Shown here: positions 13,783 through 26,012 of the stretch, one piece after another
How positions within the stretch are numbered: the first letter of the stretch is position 1
Layout: each line of letters begins with the position of its first letter
Assembly (NCBI GenBank): GCA_051294375.1
Contig: CM119266.1
Coordinates: forward strand, 17,850,087-17,914,086
Source of the DNA: Paraspadella gotoi
Taxonomy: Eukaryota > Animalia > Chaetognatha
Reading direction: 5' to 3'
DNA length: 64,000 bases
Made by a program: the position numbers and the translations under genes
The notes under the pieces: model-generated
What the model was told of the DNA's origin: nothing
The model's database searches: none
What the model saw: the letters and a program-made list of their open reading frames with translations, nothing else

Positions 13783-16700
13783 ATGAGCTCGAAATGCGTG
13801 AGCGTCTTTGACTGCGAGAGTCAAACTGAGCCTTCAGAAAACTGGCCAGTCTCTTCGATTCACGAGCTGCTTCTCTACGCTCAGATCTTCGCTCACTCGG
13901 GAGGATCTCTTCCTCCAGGTGATCGTCGGGTAATTCTTCGAGGTTGTCCTGTTGATCAGATTTTTCATCTGACCATTTCGCCATTCGCCCTTCAGGGTGG
14001 TCGTTGCAGACGCTGGATCGTCTGAGTCTGGATGGAGTCGAGCACGCTGAAGGCGTCTGTTTCACTTATGCTTCCATCGACAAACGAACTTGGGAGACGC
14101 TTTGGCTCAAGACGATTGTAATCGCCAAATCCCCAGATAGAGACTTCAGGATTTTTCAACAGGTAAGTTAAATGGAAAGAGTGTGGCGGTATATTCACAC
14201 CGCCTATCGGCTCAGAGGGGGAACGCGTTGCTTTACGTTCCATCTAGTGTTTCCTTAACCGTTAATTTTTCTACATCGTCGGTTAACCGCTTAAAATCGA
14301 CTTTTTTAATCGTTAACGGTTAAAAAGTTAAGAGATAAAGTTTCCTTTTGAACTTCTCTGCTTAGACTGAGGTAAAGTAAGTAGTGCAGAATACATTTTT
14401 TTCAAATGTGGTGCTTGTGCACCTGTTGCATAAAAAAACTCATTTTTTAAAAACTTTCATAGAGCTTTATGCTGATTTGTTTTTACTTATCTCAGCCCAC
14501 AAAAATTTAAGGATACGGTCCCTTGAAAGTGCGACATAGGTTTTCATGAATATTTTCCGCTGAATATTTAATAAATAATGAATGAAAAGTAGAATTGAAT
14601 ATTTAGAAACTTTTTTTATATCAAAACGTCCTTAAGAAAAAGGGTCATTCAATTCAACTTCAAAATAGGCTAAAATGGAGTACAAATTCAGAAAGCTGAG
14701 CTCCTGGCGATTCCGAAAATGTATTCACTTTATGCATTTGATGCATTCTACCCCATTTTATATCGGTTTTAATTATAATATAAAATAAAAGAAACCTATC
14801 TGAAGAGTTGCAGGTCAAATGAAAAGGCCAATCCATCTGATATTTTTTATGAATTCTTTATTACTGAATTAGAAAAATGTAATAGAGAGACATTTTTAAA
14901 TTTCAACTTGTATCCTTGAAAATCAAACGTTTTTAAACTTTAACCCTGAATTCTTTCTAACTGGAACGCGTTTATCAAAATGTCTCTCTATTACATTTTT
15001 ACAAATGTTTTTAAGATTGCTAATCAAATTTTTAATTCAATATTATTGCAGTCGTTTAGGCTGCAACTCTTCAAATTCAGTGTAGATTCATTGTAGCTCG
15101 AATTTCTTTACCATCTATTTAACTGAAGATTTTGTTCATGACTGGAAAACCAACAGAGTAACGAGATTAATTGTTTAATTCTCCCCTTCTAAACTATCCC
15201 ATACCGTGTTTTAACTTCTTACCTAGAATTTTTTAACAACCAGATTGAAAAACAAATCTTTAAAAAATGTGCTTACCCATTTAACTTAACAATTTTGTTA
15301 TTTACCCATTTAAAAAAAATTATTGAAAACAGAATGAACACAAATAAATAAGAACTTATTTCTTTGTGATTACTGATGACTATAATGTATTTCTCGATAT
15401 ATTAGCTCTAACACATCAATGATTACGTATTGTTATGCTGAATGACCTTTCCTCTTAAAAATCAGGACGGGCGATGCCACTTTTTGTAAGTCATAAAAAG
15501 AACTAAAGATTGATCATGAGTCTCGCCAAATTAAGACTCGTAGATTGACAAGAGAATAACAAAGTTTATTTCTTTAAACGGACATGTTTCGACTCTCCAA
15601 AAAAGTCTTCATCAGCGCAATGTGAATTTTAAAATTTTTGCCAAACATTATGATGGACGGAAAGGAAGAGAGAGAAAGCGTCCAACAAAGAATTGAGTAA
15701 AGGATAGTGTTGTGGGTGAGGACAGCTGAAGGTAAGAACAGGAGAGACAGAGAGAGAGAGTGAATAGAAACGAAGTAAGGTCATTTGAGAGTTAGTAGGG
15801 AACAATGTTTGGAGAAAGCAATACATTTAGGTAATGTACAACAATAGTAAATGGAAAAACTAAAATAACGAAAACAAATTTAAAATTAAGTATAAATTAA
15901 AAGTGTTTAAAGAGTAAAATAGAAATGAATATTAGTAATAGTGAGATATTAAGAGAAGAAAAATTGAAAAGAGCTCTAAATAGAACTGCCCCCCCCCGGT
16001 AGGACAAAGGAAAGGCATGGCCGGAGTGCTTAGGTCATTGGCGAGTCAGAGGCTGAAAAGACAGTGGAGTTGAGTTGACGGATTTGGGGTCGGGCAGTGA
16101 TCTTTTTGGAAAAATGCCCGTCGAAACATGTCCGTTTAAAAAAATAAATTTGGTTGTTTGTAAACAAAAACAAACTTTGTTTTCTCTCTCAATAAATAAA
16201 TAATAAATATAAACACTTATATTTATATAAATAAAAAAGAGAAAAAATTCTCTAAAAACATAATAAGTAAAAAAACTAATATATTTTTACCAAAATATCC
16301 TAATTGGAAAAAAAAAATTTAACCAAATTTTTAATTCCTTTATGGAATATTAATTCTATATCGGTCCGCCTCGCCACGAAATGCCCTTTTGTTCGCGCTA
16401 GTCGATAGATCGCGCGTTTATCAGAGTAAGAAAAACGAACAAAAAAACATCGATAGATGAAAAAAAAAGAGAATCCAGGGGGAAGCCGTCACGTGACCGG
16501 CCTCGACCAATGGGAGCCCGGCAAATCCCAAGCCGGCTCCCTCCCTCATCCGGGTATACGAAAGCCTCAAACGTCCCTAGAAGGTCCCGGAGGGCGCCCC
16601 ACGCGACGTCCCTGCAGTAGAAACGGAAGAAGGTCTCGCTCCAGACCAATCTCCCGCGCGTAAGAAGACGCGAGAACCACGCGCGAGCGAAGGCTTCTGA

Positions 16701-19700
16701 AACCGCCATAGCGTGTGTCGACCCCGGGCGCAGAAGCATCTGCCTCCAAAAAGAGCTCCTTGAGAATGGAGGCGAAACGCTGCGTCGAGAGTTGACGAAA
16801 AGGCGGCGCGGGGTGCAGAAAAGAAAATCGTGCGGCGGCGCCAATTCCGAACGAAGAGAGCCAAATGCGCGGCGCCTGAACCGGGCAACGATCCGAGAGC
16901 GGCAGCGATCGAGACGAGACGCCGGACCCATGTGTCCGACCCTGTCCGTCCCGAGAGTCGATAGAACCAGACGAACGTGATCTGCCGCTAAGGGAGGAGA
17001 GCCCGTGTCGCAACAGAAGAGAGACGATCTCTGAAGGGCGACGAACTGACGCTAAAGCGACGAGAAAGAGCGAGCGTCGTAAGATCCCTCGGCGCATCGG
17101 AAGTGGCGCCGAGTCGAGAATGCGTAAAACCGAGGCCGCATTCCACGTGGGGAAAATCCGACGTGAGGGAGGGCGTCTCTCGAAAACTCCCTTGAAAAGG
17201 CGCCAGACCAAAAGAAGCTCTCCAACCGGCGCTCCCCCCAGGGGGGGAGAGAAGCTGAGATGGCCGATCTGAGCTGTACGAGAGGCCCTTCTCGCACGGA
17301 AGACCGAGATATCGTAGAACATCCTCTAGAGAGGCTTGAGATCCTCGAACTTCTCTATCTGAAGGAAGTCGCAGAAGGAGCACCAAGCTCTGGCGAGGAG
17401 CTCTCTGGTAGAGCCTCTCCAGCTGTCAACGATGACGGAGAAGGTGGAGTCGACGATGTCGGAGAGATTGTGGCACCGCCTAAAAACCTCCAGACGACGA
17501 GCCTGAAGCGATCGCCGCCGCTCGGTGGCGGAAGTCCGGACACGAGGTCGACGACGAGGTTGTTCGCGCCGGAAGGCGCCTTGCGTCCAGAAACCGAAGG
17601 AAAAAGGAGGCTCTGAAACACTTCTGAGCCGGCCAAAACGGGTGATCAGGAGAAGGGAGCCCCTCGCCTTCTCCAGCTTGCGGATCACCATCATCAGCAG
17701 AGGAGGGGGAGGAAGAGATAGGCCAGGTCAAAGACCCAGCGTTGCGCCAAGGCGTCTATCCCCTCCGCCTCCAGCGTCGCCTCCCAGGCGAAAAAACGTG
17801 GAACTTGAGCCGACCGGGGGTCGCGAAAAATCGATGCTGGGGAGACCGAAGATGTCGACCATCTGGCGGAAAACTCTCGGAAGGAGTTTCCAGTCCGCCA
17901 CCTTGCGGCCCCTCGACGCCGCGGCCGTGATGAGAATCTCCTCCGAAGAGAGATGGACTCCTGCTGCAGCCCCGACGAAGGCAGGTGAGAGAGACGAAGC
18001 TGTCCGTCTTCCAAGAATGGACGCGCCGTGGAAGGAAGCTCCGAATCGTTGGAGGAAGATCCTCAAACTGTGAACTCCTTCACAAAGAAAGGGAGAGGGC
18101 ATCCGCAGTCGACCAGGTTCCCCTCGACAGTTGGCCCTGATGGAGAAACCCCACTCCCTCGCGACGAAGCATCCGTCGTCACCTCCAGCGTGCAGACCTC
18201 CGGGAGGAGGTCGTCGATCGGAGCGAAGCACTGTCTGGAGAGAGGGCTGCGATCCATCGCAGCTCCTCATCGCCGGCGAGTGGAGAGGAACAACGCGGTC
18301 GAGATCCTTCGACTTGTAGACACGATAGACGTCTCGTTGAATCCTCGAAAACCTGCAGCGTAGTAGCAGCGGTACTGCAAGGACGCCGCCGTCAATGGCC
18401 AGAGCTGAAGGCACTGACGAGCACGTGGTGCGGTCGTTGGCAAGAATTCTCCGCGAGATGCGAAGTAGAGTGAAGTAATTCGTCTCCAGGAGAGACGCGA
18501 TAGAGAGTGGGTATGAGGGCTGTCCCACAAACCGAGGAACAAAGCTCTGAGAGGGACAAGCTCGACTTCTGAAGGTGGATGATGAACCCCGCCTTCTTGA
18601 GTAGCCACACCGCCTTCCGAGTGGCTCGTCGACAATCGTCCACCGAGGAAACCAGGATCAAGATGCCGTCTACATGAAAAAAAGGCATAGAATCCCCAGT
18701 GGGCGGAGCCAAAGCACTAAAGGGCCTCGTCGTCTTGGTGAAAGCCAAGGGCCCGTCGCGCAGAGGCCGAAAAGAAGGACTCTGTACTGGTAGAGGCGGC
18801 CTTCCAAGGAAGCGGCAAGATTTCGGAAGATCCTCGTGGATCGGAGAAGGAGAAAAGCATCTCGGAGGTCTACCGAGGCACCCCAATCGCCTCGTCGAAA
18901 CATCCTTCGTACGTCCGGGGCTCCTTCCCTCCGGAAATAAGGCGGCGAAAGGAACGAGAGTTGAGCTCTTTAAGTTCAAAATCGGGCGCCAGCCTCCATC
19001 TTTCTTTCGTAACGAGGAAAAACATGGAAAAGAAACCCGGAAAACCGGGACTACCTCGATGGCGTCCTCCCCCAAAGCCGCCGCAATCTCCGCGTCGACC
19101 AAGGCGTCTCGGTCCCCAAAGACGGTGTCGCGTCCGAGGGAAGATGGAAGCGTGCTGGAACCGCTTCGCCCCTCGAGGCGAAAACCGAGAAGTTATCGAG
19201 AATGGGCGACGTCTCGGCAACGAGCGTCGTCCAAGGGGTTGAAGGAGACGAAGCCGACCTCCGACGGGGACTTCCGGAAGAAGCGCCGGCGTGGAAAGGT
19301 CCGTGTCGAGACTCGAGCCCATGGGTGGATCCAGGCCTAAAACCTGGCGGTCGACGAGGCGGCGACCGCGAGGGAGCGTTTCGAGTCATTCGCCGGGATG
19401 CGAATCCCGGCCTTCCCGTCTCCCGACTTGTTGCGGGGAACAGACTTCTTGGTCCACTTGCGCTTGAAGGAAGACTCGAGCGGGAATGAGGGCGCTTGTC
19501 GGCAGCGGGTTTGGCGCGAGCGACGTTTCGTAGAAGCGCGAATTGAGCGCCGATTCCACCTGCGCTTCCTGAATACCAAAAAGGAAGATGCGGTGGGCGC
19601 GGAGCGAAAAGGCGTGCGCGGAGATCCTGCGGCGCCACAGCGAGTATTTGGCGGCGGATCTCGCCGACTGAAAGGTTGAGGGACGCCGCTTGAATAAGAG

Positions 19701-22700
19701 CCGCGTCGCGAAGCGGGCGGCAAGGGCGTCGACGCCAGCGCTGACCTATTTCTGGACGAGCCGGAACGGAGAGCCTCCTTGATGCCCGCAGCTCACGCAC
19801 ACATGGACTAGGCATATGGCAGGCGGTAGCGCCGTTCTCCTGCATCGCACGTGAGGAGAGTAGCCGCGTTATTCCCCTTTGGAAAACGCCGACTCGAATG
19901 AGCGGAGAGGCACGTGTCCGGCGTCGGAGCGGTGAACTCCGGAGGAGAAGCGACGTCGATCCAGTGGCGTTACTGCCGATCGCTGGGCGTCCCAGCGAGT
20001 TCCAGTTGGCCGTGGGAAGACCCCTTCCCCAACGCAGCGAAGAGAATGCCACATGTAACGAACCTGGAACCGGCGCTGACCTGCTCGTGGGCAGGGAGCC
20101 GTCGAAAACCGCCGACGTCGTCATCCGAAGACGAAACTTCTCCCTCCTCCCCGAATCGGAGAGTACTTGGCGTCCGGATCCGGCACTGTGTGGGATCGAT
20201 GACGCTTGGGTAGAGGCGAGACTGTGTGACGGTCCGAGGCGGGCGCCCGATTCGAGAGGGGGCCGCCTACTGGAGTCGGAACAGCATGGAAGGAATTCGA
20301 GACTCGTCAAACGAGGCGAAGCGTAGTGGAGAAAAACCGGACCGATATGGAATCGTCACATGTAAAAAAACGTAAGCGGTAAACAAATTAGCGCGAGAAT
20401 TAAACGTAAAAAACTCCCGAACCCCCCCCCCTCCCTTCTCCCCACCCTTTCCCAGCCACGCCAAAGCCACGAAAAAACATGGTAGGAGACAAAAAGGCGG
20501 ACGGTGGGATCGTGGCGAGGCGGACCGATATAGAATTAATATTCCATAAAGGAATTAAAAATTCTCATATCGGTCCACCTCGCCACGAATGCCCCATGCC
20601 AAGAGGCGGAGGAAAGCGGTTATTTCAATAAAAATATTTCGATCGATCAGACGAAATAAAAATTCTACAATTCCAAAAATCGAATAATTCGAAAAAAGAA
20701 AGAAAGAAATAAAGGAGAAACAAAAGAGGGAGGCGAGGCGTTTGAAAAAACGAGCTAAAACCCCCACTACGCCATCTGGCGGGAAAAACTCACCGCCCCA
20801 AAGCGTCGAAACGCCGCTGTAGACTCGCGGCGAAAATCGTCGAAATCCTTCCTAAAGCTGTTCAGTGACGAAATCATCGTCGTAAGGACAGACTCCAGTC
20901 CTCTGGTCTCGTCATCCGGCAGTGGGGGATGATCAGACCGGCCGCCACTAGGTCCGAGAGCAGCGAGAGAGGGCGCCTCGGACTAAGCCCCACCGCTCGG
21001 CCGGGCAACGGAAGGTGCGGTTGGTACGGGCGAGTCCCCAAAACCGACGGAATCGGGCTGCCGAAAACCACGGTAAAGGGGAGGAGGAAGGCGGTGTCGG
21101 TGGGCAGGTGGCGGCGGGGCGAGACCGCTCGGTCTCCCTAGGACCTCTCAAGCCCCCGAGGGATCTCCAGTCCCTCTCTACGTTTAGAGACATGTCCGAA
21201 CGTTTTCGGCTGTCAGACTTCTTGTCCGAACGTTCGTCTCTACTTGATGACTTCTAATGAGCGGGTTCGAACGTAGAAATACGAGAAAATCGTGAAAAAG
21301 TCAAGAAAAAACCAAAATCAGTAAGGAAACAACCGAACTAGATGAGGCCGAAAAAAGAATTGAGGCTTTCGTATACCGCGATGAGGGAGGGAGCCGGCTT
21401 GGGATTTGCCGGGCTCCCATTGGTCGAGGCCGGTCACGTGACGGCTTCCCCCTGGATTCTCTTTTTTTTTCATCTATCGATGTTATTTTTGTTCGTTTTT
21501 CTTACTCTGATAACGCGCGATCTATCGACTAGCGCGAACAAAAGGGCATTTCGTGGCGAGGCGGACCGATATGAGAATTTAACTGTTAAAATTAAAAAAT
21601 TAACGGTGAAGTTAAAAAAATTTTAATCGTTATTAACGGTTAATTTTTAACGGTTAAGGAATCTCTAGTTCCATCCACAGTCTAACGACTAACCTCTGTT
21701 GGCAAAACAAGACCGTCCTAGGGTAACCGCGCCAGTGGCATGCGGCGCCTGAGGGTCGGAAGCCCCTAAAGCCAAGAGTGAGATGCCCCATCCCAATGGG
21801 CATCACAGGCAACCTGGCTGTTGCCATTAGAGTTTCTTAATGGCTAAATTTTAAATTCACCGACCCATTATTTAAGGTCTGTTTGGGTTAAGGAATTAAA
21901 GTTTTTAAAATAATAATTATTAAATTATTAAATAAGCTATCTTATCCTTTACTTTATCATATTATTACTAGTATACACTGCGGCGCAAAAAAAAGAAGAT
22001 ACTTGTTAGCTTTAAATAAATGCCCCCATTATTTAAAAAAAAAAAAAAAAAAATTATAGCTTTTTTAAAAAGTCGGTCTGAAAACGGAATTGGGAGGAAA
22101 AAGTGATTTTTGGAGTTTAAATTTATGATACTTCTTTTTCTGACTGATGATAAAAGATTGTTTTTATCTCGTCAGACGGGCTAATTCCCTGACTTGGGCG
22201 AGATGTTAATTCGTTTCTGCTTCTTTTGACCGTAGTCGTCGTCACTCCGTGTTAACATTGAAAATAGCTCAAGTGTGTAACCATATGAAGTTGAAAATTT
22301 AGATATGGCTTCTCATCATTGAGGTCTTTTAAATTGTTATGTTTCATATTCCTACACTCATTTGTTTGCTTTATTTACAAAACAATTTTTATATATATAG
22401 AATTCAGCTCTGCAGCGGCTGTCCAATTTCTTTCTTTTTCTTTCTATCTCTTTTAATTATATTTTGCTCCTTTTTTTATGTCGCAGCTTTTTCTGATTCG
22501 TTTAAAAACGATTTCGCAGCGGCTGTCCATCTTCTCTCTATCTTTCTCTCTCTCTCACTCATACACACATTTGTTTGTTTTTATTTAAAATGAATGACTC
22601 ATCGCATCAATGAATGACTATCATCGGGTCAATGAATACTTATCGCATCCATCATTTGGTAATCATCGCATCAATATTTGGTTAACATCGCATCAATCAA

Positions 22701-25700
22701 TCAATTACTATTACAATTATATTTACAATTACTATCCCTACAGATAATATATGCTGAATTTGTTCAGCCAATTTTATATTATAAACATTTTATAATAGGG
22801 AAAAGTAATTGACTCTAAAAAAAATTAATTTTTTTTTATTGTCGCAATCGCTTAGCGTTTGTGACAATATTGTAACGCTTTTGCGCATAAGTGGCGTCGG
22901 CGTCGTTGTTGTCGTCGGCATTCCAAATTATATATCGCCTTTTTTATGATTAAATTTGGGTGTATGAAGCTGAAAATTTATATACAGCTTCTCATCATCG
23001 ATGTGCTTAAAATTGAGTCTGGACAGTTATTAAATATGTTTTGTTTACGTTTTTTTTCTCTTTTATTTTTATATTTCTTTCTCTCTCTCTTTTCTCTTTT
23101 AATTACATGTCTATCTCCCTCTCTCTTTTCCCTAGTCACTGATTCATAGAGAAAGGGGAAAAAAACGAGTCTGCAGCGGCTTATTCTTTTTCTCTCTTTT
23201 CTCCTGCTGCTTCTGCTGCTGCCTTTTGATTTCTTTCTCTGCAGCTGGCTCTGCAGGGGCTTATTCTTTTTCTCTCTTTTTTCCTGCTGCTTTTTTTGTT
23301 TATAAATTAATTTTCTTTTCTCAAATTTGATTTTTTTAGTATCAAAATTTGTCGTCAATCCAGATTTTTCTTATGCGATTGCGACGATCCTTATGCTTTT
23401 AAGATTTTTTTTCTTCGATTTTTTGTGCCAATCGATTTTGACGTCCTATAACTTTCGAACGCTTTGCTCGATTTTATTGGGACTTGGACCAATTGCTTCA
23501 TCTTTCAATAAACTTTGTTTTATGTTTCTATATCTTAGTAGAATACGGTTTTTTTCGAGTTGAAAGAGTGTCTTCTTTTTTTTGGACCAAAAACAATCAA
23601 AATAATAATCCTTAATCATTTTAATGCTTATATTAAAGTATTCTTCCTTATATGCCATTCCTTTTCATGTCAATATTCCAACGCCTTCTCTTCCCAGTCC
23701 GCTTACCCGAACGATGATGCTGGTCTCCTCTGTACAATCTTCACTCGGAGCCGCGGCGCCGGCGCTGTCGCCGCCGCTGCCTCGAAACCCCAATCCACCG
23801 TCGAGACTCGAAAAGTCCTCAACTTTGGCGATGTCCTCTCTCTTTTGGTCCACAACTCCACGTCTTCCTCCTCCTCCTCCTTCTCACGAGGCGAAACTTC
23901 CCTCATGGATCTCAACCTCAAGACGCCCGAACCTTACGTCCCCAATCAACACAATTCCCACTTGACAGGCTATCCTTGCCCGCCCACGCCCGTCTTTCCC
24001 GATCCTCCCAATCTCGACTGCCTCCTGCCGTCGCTCCCGCCTTCTCTTCCGCCTCCCACCGAGACTCTTCAGAGCCGGGTCGGCGACGAATCACAAGCGG
24101 AGGATGACGTCATCAGCATCGACGAATCTAATCGCGGACTCGTCATCGACGAATCCACGCACGACGAGGCGCCGCTGTCGCCGGCAGAGTCGAGGCGGTC
24201 TTCGCCAAGTTTGCCATCGCCGCTGGCGGGGGACGAGGTGATTCATGCCCATGGCGGCGAAGTCGGCAGAGAATCTCAAGTCCGCGTGGAACAAGGCGAC
24301 CCGGACGAAACGATCGAGGCTGATCCTCAACTCGATAAAACTCCCAGATTTTCCAGCCCTAAACTCGACAAAAAGTCCTACTATTGCGCAATTTGTGACA
24401 AAAAATTCGTGTGGAAAAAAAGTTACGATCAACACTTAAAGGTTCATTCGGGAGTGAAAGAGTTCGGGTGCGCTCGATGCGATCGCGCCTTCTCTCTGAA
24501 GAAGCAACTCGTTCGTCACTTAAAATCCGCCCACAAGATCGAGAGTCGTCACGCCTGTCATTCCTGCGACAAGATCTTTATGTTGGAAACGGATTTGGAA
24601 TTTCACCTCAAATGTCACGGACCCAAGAAAGTCTTTAAGTGTCCCTTTTTGTCCGACGGGGATGCTCGCTGTTCCAAATCATTTTCCTCCAAGAGTCTCT
24701 TGGAAATTCACGTCCGCGTTCACACGGGAGAAAAACCCTTTAAGTGTCACTTGTGTCCCAAATCCTATCAACAAAATCAACACCTAAAGGAGCACCTTTG
24801 CTCCCACACTGGAGACTATCCCTTTCTCTGTGAACTCTGTTCCAAAGGATTCAAATCACAGGCGCAGTTGACTTTGCATCTCAAAGTTCACGCGGGAGAT
24901 AGAAAGTTTATTTGTCAACACGAAGGATGTGTGAAATCTTACGTGACTCGTTCCTTGTTGACGAAACATGTGAAAACCGTCCATCTGGGAGAAAGACCTT
25001 ACCATTGTCTCTACTGCGATAAAACTTACCCCAAAATCTACGATCTCAAAAATCACGTTCGCTCTCACACGGGCGAGCGGCCGTACAAGTGCGGTCTCTG
25101 TGGTAAAGACTTTGCCCACAAGGTCGTTTGGCGACGCCACCTTAATCTCCACGAAGCCAAAAGTAAAAAGGCGTCGGGCGAATCAGGTGACGCGACAAAT
25201 GGGACGATGCAAGACCGCCTCGATCCCGTAGATTGTCATCACAAAAACGTCGAAGCCCACACCGATGCCCACACGGACGCCCATACGGACGCTCACCACG
25301 ACGATGCACCCTACTCCGGGGAACGCACCGATTGCGCCTACGACGTTCATTGGAGGCGACAAGAGATTGAATCTTCTTTCAGACCGGAAGTGGTGGTTCC
25401 TCCTGGCAAAGAACGAGACGAAGACCGCGAATTAGATCATCTTCATCCCAAATATCGATATTTACGAAAGGAAAATCTCTACACGCCCTCCACCGTCTCT
25501 ATCTACTCGACGACCAACGACGCCGCTTGTCAAGAAGCGCCGTCGGCTTTGGATCCCGTGGGCGTGGTCGTCGCTCAAAACGCGGCGGCGTCGCGATTCG
25601 CTTCCTTAGAATCCGAATTTCGTTTCTCGCAACGAAATTCCGCTTACGAGTCGGCGCCGGCCTGCGCCGGTATGAGACCTGCGTTGTCATCGTCGACACC

Positions 25701-25911
25701 GCAGTTTCCTCTTCCGAGATTAAAGGGCGTGGGTCAATCTCACATCCTCCAACTCGCAGGCCACGCCTCCTACGCTCATCATCCTTTCAATTATCATCTC
25801 TGCTCCTCTTTTTTGCCGCCGTTCGGCTCCGGAGAGGATCCGGGCAGCCAAGCAAACTCCATGGCAGCCTATCAATCATTCGTTACCAAATCCAATCACC
25901 CGTCTTTGTAA
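13783..25911 (+). CDS. C2H2 zinc-finger protein with 9 fingers; 3 exons (13783-13918, 13996-14162, 23698-25911)
   Basis: The large exon encodes 9 tandem C2H2 fingers with HTGEKP-type linkers but has no Met start. Two upstream open exons join in frame with matching phases (1 then 0), donor CAG|GTAAGT at 14163 and acceptor TTCCCAG at 23697. Confidence 0.8.
14636..15454. mobile_element. Kolobok-like non-autonomous element (819 bp), copy 1
   Basis: TTAA on both sides and purine-initiated imperfect TIRs GAAAAAGGGTCATTCA / TGAATGACCTTTCCTC. Near-identical to 60175-60993. Confidence 0.75.
15577..15620 (-). ncRNA. Minimal type I hammerhead ribozyme of Penelope-like-element type
   Basis: The - strand reads GCG-CUGAUGA-AGACUUUUUUGGAGAGUC-GAAA-CAUGUC-CGU: complete core, palindromic stem III ACAUGU, GUC cleavage triplet, followed by AAUAAA. 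A partial inverted copy lies at 16120-16190. Confidence 0.75.
16326..21580 (-). mobile_element. DIRS1-like tyrosine-recombinase retrotransposon, full-length but frameshifted
   Basis: About 212-bp ITRs (16358-16570 / 21360-21572) and an ICR at 20510-20595 matching both ends. On the - strand: RT motifs KKDGGWRPILNLK, DLRDAF and YQYRVLLFGL (19102-18392), RNase H TTDAS, a methyltransferase-like segment (PSIDF..., DALAQRW..AYLF) and YR motifs LVALASVRRPSEI and AGDWS (17322-16567). AATTT occurs at both ends. Confidence 0.93.
20510..20595 (-). other. DIRS internal complementary region (copy of the circle junction)
   Basis: CGTGGCGAGGCGGACCGATATAGAATTAATATTCCATAAAGGAATTAAAAATTCTCATATCGGTCCACCTCGCCACG equals the reverse complement of the left end (16326-16378) fused to the reverse complement of the right end (21552-21580). 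Confidence 0.92.
22905..23408 (+). repeat. Dispersed repeat, second copy at about 35250-35968
   Basis: Long near-identical blocks (GTTGTCGTCGGC.TTCCAAATTATA...ATCCTTATGCTTTTAAGATTTTTT), associated with the Helentron-like family. Confidence 0.7.
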
Positions 25912-26012
25912 TTTATTTAGTGTTTGTTTTGAGAACCACTGTTTGCCATAGTTTTTATTATTTATATATATTTTAAACATTTTTATTGTTTATTTAAAAC
26001 AAAGAGCGCTCG

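Larger units (their letters stand above)
14245..21667. mobile_element. hAT-type non-autonomous DNA transposon inflated by nested insertions
   Basis: TIRs TAGTGTTTCCTTAACCGTTAA / TTAACGGTTAAGGAATCTCTA and a perfect 8-bp TSD GTTCCATC (14237-14244, 21668-21675). A partial copy of one end lies at about 62857-63007. Confidence 0.85.
14182..21827 (-). mobile_element. Family B LTR fragment split by the hAT insertion (14182-14244 plus 21668-21827)
   Basis: Both parts match the reverse complement of 63458-63711 and are contiguous once the hAT element and one TSD copy are removed. Confidence 0.8.

Noticed and set aside
13628-14065. 145-aa - strand ORF as a separate gene
   Set aside because: Starts at a non-ATG codon and overlaps two + strand exons that have good splice sites and consistent phases; best explained as an antisense shadow.
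17260-21257. Many + strand ORFs within the DIRS element
   Set aside because: Stop-poor GC-rich antisense frames; all recognisable RT/RH/MT/YR motifs are on the - strand.
23560-23697. N-terminal extension of the 783-aa ORF (MKECLLFF...)
   Set aside because: TTG start in AT-rich intronic sequence upstream of a strong TTCCCAG acceptor.
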